A program made the position numbers and the translations under genes. Below are positions 49,001 to 60,957 of a DNA stretch of 64,000 nucleotides, one piece after another. The stretch lies in NCBI GenBank assembly GCA_030390025.1, contig CM059432.1:66776001-66840000 (forward strand), written 5' to 3'. The notes below the pieces were generated by a model. That model was not told the origin of the DNA, ran no database searches, and saw only the letters and a list, made by a program, of their open reading frames with translations. The stretch comes from Squalus acanthias. Lineage: Eukaryota. The stretch's first letter is position 1. Every line of letters begins with the position of its first letter.

Positions 49001-49526
49001 GCAGCATCTCGACCTGAAACATGAACTCTGTTTCTCTCTCCACGGATGCTGCCTGACCTGCTGAGTATTTCCAACATTTTCTGTCTTCTCAGAGGCCTTC
49101 CTTTACCATCCGAGGCCTTGCAAGTGTCTAGCAGCACTCTCTGCACACTTAAAAACTTTTAACATATATTGCACCAACTTCAATAAAAAATTTAAAAATC
49201 CAGTCCAAAAGCTTAAATGCAAACTTACCTAAAAGATGAATGTGTTCCTTTGAGAGGTGCTGACAGCATTTCTGTCAGTCTGCTGAATGCTGCGTTTTCA
49301 TAGCGAGCTTAGGACCCAGCGTTGAGCTCAGTGCTAAGGTCGAAGTGCACTGAGGTGACGTTAAGTCAGCGTGCGTCACCCTCCCTTCATTGACATGTCC
49401 AGAGCCAGCCCTGCTATCAAAATGGTGGCCAACGGTCCCACACCAGAGAAGGGCGCGAGAGTGGTGGTCGCCATTTTTCGCCAGGACAGTGGTGCAAATG
49501 GGTGGTGCTAAGTGGCCCAATTTCTA
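46096..49526. mobile_element. Chimeric Harbinger derivative (Myb remnant on minus, two transposase-side ends)
   Basis: Left end GGCTGTGAAATTGG. ~47600-48700 is a revcomp homologue of ~61500-62530, and ~48815-49526 is a direct homologue of ~62410-63161. Right TIR is clipped. Confidence 0.75.
46469..47373 (+). mobile_element. Harbinger MITE family A copy 3
   Basis: Colinear with 9472-10378, TSD TTT (46466-68, 47374-76). Confidence 0.93.
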
Positions 49527-50369
49527 AATTGTAGAATGGAATCCTTTGACAATAAATTATTATTTGCATTGGTAAAATGTAATCATATCAAGAATTACTC
49601 TCTATGAGGAGCTATTTCAGAAGACTTCTGAAATTTTTCATTAAGCAGAGCTTACTTCTAACTTAGTGCGTCATTCTAGAATATAATTTTATTTACAGAA
49701 TTTTGTGAATAATAAAATGAGGGCCAAAGTTCTTCTGTATCCATCATGGGAACAGATCAGCGAGGGGCATCACTGAAGAAGCCTGAGTTGGGCAGGCCCG
49801 ACACCTGCCTTGCTTATCGATAACTACTTTTGTCACGGGGTCCTTCAACATTTGTTAGGTCCCTCATTAACATATTCAGGAAGCTTAACGCCTGTTTCGG
49901 GCATACACCAGGGAGGCCAGAAAAAGGGCCCCATGAATTTATCAGTGGGACCAACGTTGGGCGCAAGCCGTCCCAGTGCTAAATTGGCATGCTTTGCACC
50001 CATTTTATGCCAGAGAAACAGACACAATGCATACTAATTGCAACCTCAATGTCTACAAATACATACTATTTTGTTCAGATCACTTTGAGGAACATTAAAA
50101 TTGTTTTTTACCACCAACTGTGTAGTTATTTAAGAATGATGGATAGATTATTTTAAGATTCTGTTGTATGATTTATTTTCCTTTCTGCCTTACATTTTGT
50201 TTTACTTTGCACAGGTGCATGTTCTTTCTGAGCTATATTTAATAATACAAGATTCATAAGGACAGATACAGCTGGCACTCAGGCTTAGAATAATCTGGTT
50301 ATCTACTCAGACAAAGCCACTGGGATACATTTAGTACAGTTCGTCTATGTAAAACGACTGCATTATGGG

Positions 50370-50555
50370 AACTGGGTTACACATTGACCTATTACTAGGT
50401 CCTAAGTTCCAATCAAACTCAGACCAGTAGCATGGAAGTCTCCACTGTCTGTTGGCTGTAGGATTTCTATGTTAAGTGAGTTTGGGCAGTCTCAATCCAG
50501 TTCCTAGTGCCACAACTGCCTCTAATTATGCACTAGATTGTCAACCTCGCTCTTT
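50370..50555 (+). mobile_element. Old SINE fragment, LF-SINE-like
   Basis: tctgttggctgt...ctatgttaagtgagtttgggcagtctcaatccagttcctagtg. Homologous to 1460-1612. Confidence 0.45.
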
Positions 50556-51974
50556 TCTGAGGTAGTTTCGAGGCACATTGCTGGGAACCTTTACTCTCCA
50601 TGTCATACCTGAGCTGGGATGATCGATGCTAACCCTGGGTGGCCAAATGGAAATGCTTGCATTCCTCAGCCTTAAGTTTAAATTTTAGAAAAAGCTTTAT
50701 AGACAGATCGTCGAAATTCTTGATGTGAAATTTTCCCACTTTATCAATTTGAATTTAGGTTTTGGTTATAGAATATTCCATCTGAAGGAAAGATAAAAAG
50801 TCATTCCAGAAAGCAGGAGCTTATAATTTGAGCACTGCTGCTGCATGAAATTGCCTTCATGGCTTCTCAGTATTCACTTAATCCGGACGGTAGCATTATC
50901 AGAGCCAGAAATCCTAATCAGAAAGCAGTCTTTATTTTTTTTGTTTTCGGGATGTAAGCAACACTAGGAAGGCAACGTTTATTAAAAAAAAACTCCTGCT
51001 ATCTGAACATTAATTTATTATACAACAATTTAGGCTTCAATCCACAACAGATTTTGTTGTCCAGGTTTCAATGTGGCGAGAAATTGGACAAAGAGGTTTT
51101 GCAGAGCATCACTGCCCTCATAGTTACTCAGAGATCTGCTCCCATGCACATCTGTGGATATACTGAGGCTGCTGCCTCTCAGGGTGATGACACAACCAGC
51201 CAGTCTGATGGGCGGGGTGGGGGGTGGGAGGAGAAGAGGAGAAAGATTCAGCGCTTTCATACTGCTCGGGGAGGGGGGGGAGGGCAAACCAGTGCAATCA
51301 GCTCAAAATATTTTTAAATATTGGCAGGCAGTCCCCTTAATTTTCTTGATGCAGCCAGCGGTCTTCTGGGTTGTCCAAGGCCCGAACACCTCAGGGGGCC
51401 CACTTGTGCCCTTCCATGGAGCTGGACACCAGCATCTTTCCAATGTCCATATTGGTGGCTGCTCAGGAGATGGGAACCATGGGAATTCTGATGGGGGGAA
51501 ATCATCCTGCCATTTCAGGCTTTTTCTGGGGTCATAGGCCTTCTATAGGGTGGACAAAACTTCCATCCACCACAGGCCACAGTGGAAATTCCTCTTGATA
51601 CATATTGGGGTGGGGAGCCAGCGGTACTAGGTCTCATGTGGTTTTCTGCCCCTTCAGCTGATCTCCCAAGTCCCAAGGAAATTCGAGGCCATTTTCTTTA
51701 TAGTCAGTTTCTTGGTGATATTGGACATGGTGAGTCAGCTGCTTGTCTGGTAACATAAATATCTCCTTCATGCTCTGATCCAAAAAGCAAATAAAGATCC
51801 AACTAAAAAAGTTAACATTCTACATGCAGTTTATTTTTAACACCTGCTGTAAATGGCAAAAAGTAACGTTGGACAATACTTCCACCTGAAGACTAGAAAA
51901 TACTTTGAGGACCAAAAGCCCTTCATTTATAAGTCAACTAGAAAATCAGCCCTATTTTCTCTGTCTCATACTAA

Positions 51975-52699
51975 GTCGCCCAGTGGGCTTAGCAGGCCAA
52001 TTAAGGGAAAGCCGGTTACTGGTGATGTCAGCGAATGACGTTTCATCTGTCAAGATTTTTTGACAGATGAATTGTCATCGTTTGACAGCTATGTGAAGCT
52101 GTCAAACACTGACAATCTATCTTCTAAGTTGAGTCCTTTACTCAAGACTCAATTAGAAAGCCTTCCTGAGCAGAAAGCAGAAGGCTGCTGCATTTAAGAA
52201 TGCAGCGGCCATTCTGCTTTCTATGCCGGTGAGATGAGGGACTCCCAAGACCTGAAGGGATGAAGCCTGGAGGAAGAAGCAAAGGTAAGTAAAGCTTTTA
52301 AAACACTTAAGACTCACCTCACACACTTACCTCTGCACACATGCACCCATCACTCACCTGCACACCGGACATCTCGGCCCCTCTGACCCCCGCAGACCCA
52401 TGGCTCGCCTCGCTGACCCTAGCGAGGTTCGGAGCTGTCGGGAAGCCCACACTTTAGGTGACAAAATGGGGATTATCCAAAAAACTGCCTGTTAACTATC
52501 TGTTAACAGGCAGTTAATTGGCACTAATCCCCTTCCCGCCTCGAGGAGGCGGCTCCCAGCGCGGGTCGGGTACCCGCCTCCTGGGAAGATGGCACGGAGG
52601 TGGGTTGGGGGCGGGATGGGTACCCGCCCCCAAATTCTGCCATTTTCCTGGCAGTCTCGCCTCCATACCCGCCTCCCCAGGGCTGGCAAAATCACCCCC
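51975..52699. mobile_element. Truncated Harbinger derivative with the right end intact
   Basis: Revcomp of the end, GGGGGTGATTTTGCCAGCCC..GGAGGCGGG, matches the left end of the 17745 element. Followed by CAG. Confidence 0.7.
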
Positions 52700-53165
52700 C
52701 AGGGATTGGGGGATTGTCCTATGAGGAGAGATTGAGGAGACTAGGCTTATAATCAGTAGAATTTAGAGGAATGAGAGGTGATTTCATTAAAACATGTAAA
52801 ATTCTTACAGGGCTTGGCAGGGTAGATGCTGGGAGGATGTTTCCTCTGGCTGGGGAGTCTAGAACTGGGGGGTCACAGTCTCAGAATAAGGGGTTGGCCA
52901 TTTAGGACTGAGATGAGGAGAAATTTCTTCACTCAGAGGGTTGTGAATCTCTGGAATTCTCTATCCCAGAGGGCTGTGGATGCTCAGTCATTGAGTATAT
53001 TCAAGACAGAGATCAATAGATTTTTGGATATTAAGGGAATCAAAGGATATGGGGATATTGCGGGAAGGTGGCGTTGAGGTAGAAGATCAGCCATGATCTT
53101 ATTGAATGGTGAAGCAGGCGCAAAGGCCAAATGGCCTACTCCTGCTCCTATTTCTTATGTTCTTA
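52700..53165 (+). mobile_element. CR1 3' fragment
   Basis: EMRRNFFTQRVVNLWNSL and a tail like that at 12995. Confidence 0.88.
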
Positions 53166-53529
53166 AACCAATGGAAGGCTCTGCTCGTGGGTGGGGTCAT
53201 CTCAATCAGCTGCCACAAGGCCAGTTATTTATCCGTATGTCTCTAGTTGATTATTACTTATTGATGACTTTACTCCCTACTGACTCGTATATTTTTAGAA
53301 CGGTGTTGAAGAGCTATATTTTAGCCACCGAGGTGGCACAAGTGACTCACTATGCTGGTTGGCCACCACTGGGCTGTATAAATGCAACTTTTGTTATTCC
53401 TTTTTTTTGACAATGATAGTGTCCTTGCCTGCATTTTTCTTTCAACCAACACCATTAAAAACAGAGTAACTGATCATTCATCTCAGTGCTGTTCGTATGG
53501 CCTTGTTAGGTGTTGAATAGTTGCTATGT

Positions 53530-54478
53530 TAGAATCATAGAATGATACAACACAGAAGGAGGCCATTCGGCCCATCATGTGCCAGCTCTTTTGTAGAGCT
53601 ATCCAATTAATCCTACTCCCCTGCTCTTTCCCCATAGACCTGTAAATTTTATCCTTTCAAGTATTTATCCAATTTCCTTTTGAAAGATACTATTGAATCT
53701 GCTTTCACCAACCCTTCAGGCAGTGCATTCCAGATCACAATAACTCACTGTGTAAAAAAATGTTTACTCATGTTGCCCTGGTTCTTTTGCCAATCACATT
53801 AAATCTGTGTACTCTGGTTATTGACCCTTCTGCCAATGGAGACAGTGTCTCCTTATTTACTCTATCAAATCTTCTCTTAACCTTCTTTGTTCTAAGGAGA
53901 ACAACCTCAACTTCTCCCGCTCTCCACATAACTAAAGTCTTTCATACCTGGTACCATCCGGTAATTTTCTTCTGCAAACTCTTTAAGGACTTGGCATCCT
54001 TCCTAAAGTGTGATGTGCTGAATTGAACACAATACTCTAGCTGAGGTCTAACCAGTGTTTTATAAAGGTTTAGTATAACTTCCTTGCTTTTCTACTCAAT
54101 GCCTCTTATTAATAAACCAAGCTCCTGTAGGCTTTTTAAACAGCCTCTCAACTTGTCCTGCCACCTTCAAAGATTTGTGTACATACACACCCAGGTCTCT
54201 CTGTTCCTGCACCCCATTTAAAATTGTACCCTTTAGTTTATATTACCTCTCCTCATTCTTCCTGCCAAAATGCATCACTTCACACTTCCCTGCGTTAAAT
54301 TTCATCTGCCATGTGTCTGCCCATGTCCTCCTGAAGTCTGTTACTATCCTCCTCATTGTTTACTACATTTCCGAGTTTCATGTCATTTGCAAACTTCGAA
54401 ATGATGTCCTGTATACCCAAGTCCAGGTCCTTAATATATATCAAAAAGACCAGTGGTCCTAATACCCACCTCTGGGGA
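53530..54478 (-). mobile_element. CR1 3' fragment with internal deletions
   Basis: Antisense CR1 tail (agaatcatagaat) and antisense RT C-terminal sequence. Confidence 0.8.
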
Positions 54479-54736
54479 ATTCAAAGAATTCAATCAAGTT
54501 TGCCATTGTTCTGTCCACATGCATATTTTGTTCAACTCACTGTAAGTCACTGTATGTTAAATGCTTTAAGACATTTCTGAGAAAGATGATAAAACTTTGT
54601 ATAGTGGTGTCCCCCTGAGGTGGGTATTAGGACCACTGCTCTTTTTGATATATATTAAGGTCCTGGACTTGGGTATACAGGACATCATTTCAAAGTTTGC
54701 AGATGACATGAAACTCGGAAATGTGGTAAACAATGT

Positions 54737-55173
54737 GTCAGCTGTGGCTCAATTGGTAGCACACTCGCCTCTGAGTCAGAAGGTTGTGGGTTCATAGTCC
54801 CACTCCAGGGACTTGAGCACAAAAATCTAGCCTGACACTACAGTGCAATACTGAGGGAGTGCTGCACTGTCGGAGGTGCCGTCCTTCGGGTGGATGTAAA
54901 AGATCCTGTGGCACTATTTCAAAGAAGAGCAGGGAAGTTATCCCTGGTGTCATGGCCAATATTTATCCCTCAATCAACATCACTGAAACAGATTATCTGG
55001 TCATTATCACACTGCTGTTTGTGGGAGGTTGCTGTGTGCAAATTGGCTGCCACGTTTACTACATTACAATAGTGACTACACTTCAAAAAAGTACTTTATT
55101 GGCTGTATAAGTGCTTTGGGATGTCCGGTGGTCGTGAAAGGCGCTATAGAAATGCAAGTCTTTCTTTTCTTTT
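54737..55173 (+). mobile_element. SacSINE1/DeuSINE-like SINE
   Basis: tRNA-like head (TGGCTCAATTGG...GGTTCAT), Deu-type core (gtaaaagatcc..tggcactatttc..gaagagcag...ggccaatatttatccctca), L2-type tail gcgctatagaaatgcaagtc. Confidence 0.8.
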
Positions 55174-57054
55174 TAAGTATGCAACTGATTTTCCATGAGT
55201 TTTTACATTTATGCAGGGCTAACAAGAAGTCCATACAAAGTATGCTGTAGGAAAATAACAGATGGTTTACCTTGTTTTCAAATGAATATACACACATCTA
55301 TAATATATTAAAAATCTTAATACTGCAGGCAGTTACTGTCAGTACAACTTGACTTCCCATTGTTATGTTTTTGTCAGACTTTTGTGTCAACTTTTTCCCA
55401 TTATAAATTCCTATGTCCAAGTTTATAATGGATTTAGGCAATGTAAACTATGATGACCCAATATGACCAATGGGTTCTGAAAATTCATGCAAAATGCATT
55501 CTGAAAATGTTTCTAGCCCCATTATTTTCCTCAGGGGAAGTAGCGGGGCACTGATGGGAATGAGGCAGTGGTAAGAAGGAGAATGGGTAGTGGGAAAGTG
55601 AAAGGGTAGGGGATGCAATAGGTGTAGGGGTTGGGGGGAGCATGAGTAATTAGGGGAGGGGATGGGATGGGAGCCACAATCCTGACCCCAAATGCTGCCT
55701 GCAGCAATTAGTGGCTCTTTTCTCCACCACACCACCCATCACATTCCACCTGGAAGGATGGAAGAATAGAACAGAGGAAGAAGCAAAATCAAAAGCGATG
55801 GGGAGAGAAGCAGAAAAGAAGTTAAGGAGAAAGACAGAAGCAGAAGAGGAGACAGGTAAGAGAATAACAGAATTCTCTGACTCACTATGTGTAACACCAC
55901 GAGATTTGCATTGCAGATTATTGCTCTTTGGAGATTTAGGCTATAAAATTTATACTGATCTGACTCTATAAGGTACGGAATAACAATAACCTATAACTTA
56001 GCAGGTCAGCATTTACAAAAGTCAAAAAGGAACCCTAATCTTGTCATCTCATGTCCCATTTACTTTATTTTACAGCTGTCAACAGCAGTACCAGGTCTGG
56101 TGACAACAGCACAAAATAATCAAAGTGGTGTTGCTGTCTCTAGAGACACTGCGATCCACCGAAAGAAATGGGTTTCACTTTTTCTTATTTGTTCTCGGGA
56201 TGTGGTTGATGCTGACAAGGTTGCATTTATTGCTCATAAGTGGTTGCCCTGAGACAGTAGTGGCCATTCTTCTTGAATTGCTGCACTCGCTGAGATAATG
56301 ATGCTCCCACAATGATAGAGTACTTCACAGTTTGCCGCAGTGGTGTGCTAGGTCACTTCAGAGGACATTAAATATGTGGAGTTGCATCACCTGAACGACA
56401 TTGGTGAACCAGTTGAGTTTGTACAACGATCCAGCAACTTTCCTGGCCATTTTCCTGGTGCTAGCCCACAAATTGCCAGATTTATTGACAACTTGTATTG
56501 GTGGGATGTGATGGGCTGTGATCCCAGCAGCTACATCAGAATCACACATGCCAGTACCCTCCTCATTGACCCCAACCGGAGTTTGCAAGGTTAGTGGGAG
56601 GGCACCTCACTTGCAGGAGGGCATAAGTGCCACTTCGGATGCAATTTTTGGCACCCATCTGCAGCATGTGCCAAGAATGTTGACGACCGCCCACCCATGG
56701 GGTTTGCTCATGAACCCTGACCCTGCCATCGTGCTAATCATTTCCCGAGCAAGGGGGCTAATGCAGGAAGTTTTTTAAATAAATGTTACTCTTTGTGGGT
56801 CCTGGCTGCTTTCATCGACAGTAATTCGACACTTCTGCACTCTCAATAAGGAGCTGCAACTGCAAGGAGCATCAGTTGGAGAGAGTGCTATAACAATGTA
56901 GCACAATGCTCTTATTTGCATTCTATGTAGGCATGGATTCCTGCTGGGACTGTGAGATTATGGAATTACCTCTTATGTATTAATTTCTAATTTAAACTTG
57001 AAGGAAGTTATAGAAGGTGAAATTTAACTTAGGCATGGGCGCAAAACAGTGGAT

Positions 57055-59902
57055 TAAAGGCAATGGATATGGCAAAGGCTATGGACGCCAACAACATCCC
57101 GGCTGTAGTGCTGAAGACTTGTGTTCCAGAATTAGTCGCGCCTCTAGCCAAACTGTTCCAGTACAGCTACAACACTAGCATCTACCCGATAAAGTTGAAA
57201 ATTGCCCAGGTATGTCTTGTCCACAAAAAGCAGCACAAATCCAATCCGGCCAATTACCACACCATCGGTCTACTCTCAATCATCAGCAAAGTGATGGAAG
57301 GTGTCATCGACAGTGCAGTCAAGTCTCACATACTCATCAATAACCTGCTCACCGATCCTCAGTTTGGGTTCTACCAGGACCACTTGGCTCCAAACAACAT
57401 TACAGCCTTGGTCTAAACATGGACAAAAGAGTTGAATTCCAGAGGTGAGCTGAGAGTGACTGCCCTTGACATAAAGGCAGCATTTGACCGAGTATGGCAT
57501 AGATAGAACATAGAACATAGAACAGTACAGCACAGTACAGGCCCTTCGGCCCTCGATGTTGTGCCGAGCATTGTCCGAAACCAAGATCAAGCTATCCCAC
57601 TCCCTATCATTCTGGTGTGCTCCATGTGCTTATCCAATAACCGCTTGAAAGTTCCTAAAGTGTCCGACTCCACTATCACAGCAGGCAGTCCATTCCACAC
57701 CCCAACCACTCTCTGAGTAAAGAATCTACCTCGGACATCCCTTCTATATCTCCCCCCATGCACCTTATAGTTATGCCCCCTTGTAACAGCTACATCCACC
57801 CGAGGAAATAGTCTCGGAACATCCACTCTATCTATCCCCCTCATCATCTTATAAACCTCTATTAAGTCACCTCTCATCCTCCTCCGCTCTAAAGAGAAAA
57901 GCCCTAGTTCCCTCAATCTTTCCTCATAAGACCTCCCCCCCAAACCAGGCAGCATCCTGGAAAATCTCCTTTGCACTCTTTCCAATGCTTCCACGTCCTT
58001 CCTATAGTGAGGTGACCAGAACTGCACACAATATTCCAAATGTGGTCTCACCAAGGTCCTGTACAGTTGCAGCATAACCTCATGGTTCTTAAACTCAAAC
58101 CCCTTGTTAATAAACGCTAACACACTATAGGCCTTCTTTACTGCTCTATCCACTTGAGTGGCAACCTTCAGAGATCTGTGGATATGAACCTCCAGATCCC
58201 TCTGTTCCTCCACGTTCCTCAGAACCCTGCCGTTAACCCTGTAATCCTTATTCAAATTTGCCCTACCAAAATTAATCACCTCGCACTTATCAGGGTTAAA
58301 TTCCATCTGCCATTTTTCAGCCCAGCTCTGCATCCTATCAATGTCTCTTTGCAGCCTACAACAGCCCTCCACCTCATCCACTACTCCACCAATCGGTGTC
58401 ATCAGCAAATTTACTGATCCACCCTTCAGTCCCCTCCTCCAAGTCATTGATAAAAATCACAAACAGCAGAGGATCCGAGCACCGACCCCTGTGGCACACC
58501 GCTGGTAACTGGTCTCCAGTCCGAAAATTTTCCATCCACCACCACCCTCTGCCTTCTATGAGATAGCCAGTTACTTATCCAATCGGCCAAATTTCCCTCT
58601 ATCCCACAACTCCTTACTTTCTTCATGAGCCGACCATGGGGAACCTTATCAAACGCCTTACTAAAATCCATGTATACGACATCAACTGCTCTACCTTCAT
58701 CTACACACTTAGTTACCTCCTCAAAGAATTCAATCAAATTTGTTAGGCAAGACTTACCCTTCACGAATCCGTGTTGACTATCCCGGATTAAGTTGCATCA
58801 AGGAGCACTAGTAAAATTGAAGTCAATGGGAATCAGGGGGAAAACTCTCCACTGGCTGGAGTCATACCTAGCACAAAGGATGATGGTTGTGGTTGTTGGA
58901 GGCCAATCATCTCAGCCCCAGGACATTGCTGCAGGAGATGCTCAGGACAGTGTCCTGGACACAACCATCTTCAGCTGCTTCATCAATGACCTTCCCTCCA
59001 TTATAAGGTCAGAAGTGGGGATGTTCACTGAGGACTGCACAGTGTTCAGTTCCATGCAAAACTCCTCAGATAATGAAGCAGTCCGTGCCCGCATGCAGCA
59101 AGACCTGGACAACATTAAGGCTTGGGCTGATAAGTGGCAGGCAATGAACATCTCCAACATGAGAAAGTCTAACCGCCTCCCCTTGACATTCAATGGCATT
59201 ACCATCGTCGAATCCCCCACCATCAACATCCTGGGGGGGTCACCATTGACCAGAAACTTAACCAGACCAGCTACATAAATACTGTGGCTACAAGAGCAGG
59301 TCAGAGACTGGGTATTCTGCGGCGAGCAACTCACCTCCTGATTCCCCAAAGACTTTCCAACATCTACAAGGCATGTGCCATAAGTGTGATGGAATACTCT
59401 CCACTTGCCTGGATGAGTGCAGCTCCAACAAGCACTCAAGAAGCTCGACACCATCCAGGACAAAGCAGCCCACTTGATTAGCACCCCATCCACCATCTTA
59501 AACATTTACTCCCTCCGCCACCAGCGCATCGTGACTGCAGTGCGTACCATCTACAAGATCCACCACAGCAACTTGCCAAGGCTTCTTTGACAGCACGTCC
59601 CAAACCCGCGACCTCTACTACTTTGAAGGACAAGGGCAGCAGGTGCATGGGAACACCATCACCTCCAAGTTTCCCTCCAAGTCACACACCATCCTGACTT
59701 GGAAATATATCGCCGTTCCTTCATTGTTGCTAGGTCAAAATCCTGGAACTCCCTACCTAAAAGCACTATGGGAGTGCCCTCACCACGTGAACTGCAGTTC
59801 AAGAAGGCGGCTCACCACCACCTTCTCAAGGGCAATTAGGGGTGGGCAATAAATGCTGGCCTTGCCAGCGATGCCCACATCCCATGAATGAATTAAAAAA
59901 AA
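57055..59902 (+). mobile_element. CR1 family B, 5'-truncated, split by an antisense CR1
   Basis: RT N-terminal part (NYH.IGLLSIISKVME, QFGF, DIKAAFD) resumes after 58794. Tail at ~59900. Confidence 0.9.
57501..58794 (-). mobile_element. Younger 5'-truncated CR1 nested in CR1 family B
   Basis: ORFs with DFSKAFDKV, PQGSVLG, LVRPHLEYCVQFW. (CTATGTT)n tail. Apparent TSD GCAT (57497-500, 58795-98). Confidence 0.92.
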
Positions 59903-60957
59903 GGAAATATAATCAAGTGTGATGTATAACGGGCGGCTGATCTACGAGCACCCATTTTGCATTCCTACCGAAGTTGAATTTTCACCCCCATATTGTTTGT
60001 GCAACACACATACCTTGCCTTTAAAACAAGGCAGATTTTCTCAGAAGAATGATTTTCAATCATTCTTCAGAAATTTGGGAAATATCAGATATTTAGTGAA
60101 GTGAATCACCTCCTTGAATATATTATTGAAGTATTTTTACTATTGGGTAAAAGCATTAACATTTGATTGTGCTGCTGTATATCAGAATAGTAATATAAAA
60201 TTGCAAGTCTGTATGCAGATTACATTACTGTGCTTGCCTTTACTTTTTATTGGCAAATTTAATAAATAAATTGCTGAAAAAAGGTGTCACAAGAGAACAC
60301 TATACAGGGTTTGTTCATGTTTGTCTTATATGATGTGCATTTTGGACATAAATAAGCAATCATTTGAATGTGCACGTGGCTGTGTCAATCCATTCCAATT
60401 CACTACATATGCAACTTCGAAATCAACCAGAATCATAGAATCATATAGCACAGAAGGCGGCCATTCATGTCTGTGTCAACAAACTAGAATTTACATTAAA
60501 CACAGGACTTCTTTGCCATGGTAAGAAGGTAAAGGAATGAATATTTTTCCACTTTCTGTATCCTGGGTCATGATGACTCCCTGGTCTGGTATAGATTGAC
60601 TTAAACCCTGGAAAATCTGTGTTGCCGTTTGTATGGCAATAACACTGATCGGGCAAGACTTCCACCCACTGTGAATTGCAATGCTGACCCAATCTGAAGT
60701 CGCGGAGTCAGCTTATTTATGGATTGAAGAGCGGGCCAGAAGCGCAACATCTGTGTAACATTGAAGTAAAGTGCTGGGAGTGTGGATAGGAAGAAAATTG
60801 TTGTTACAAGATGTAAAAGCCTGCCGCAACTTAACGTGACAGCAGGTTCCTGGAGGCACAGTAGGTTCGTGGCATGTCTTCTCTGTCAACTTTTGACAGA
60901 ATATTCAACTGCCGTGATTTCTTTTCAACAGATTCTTTTGTGATTTTCCAAGACTTT

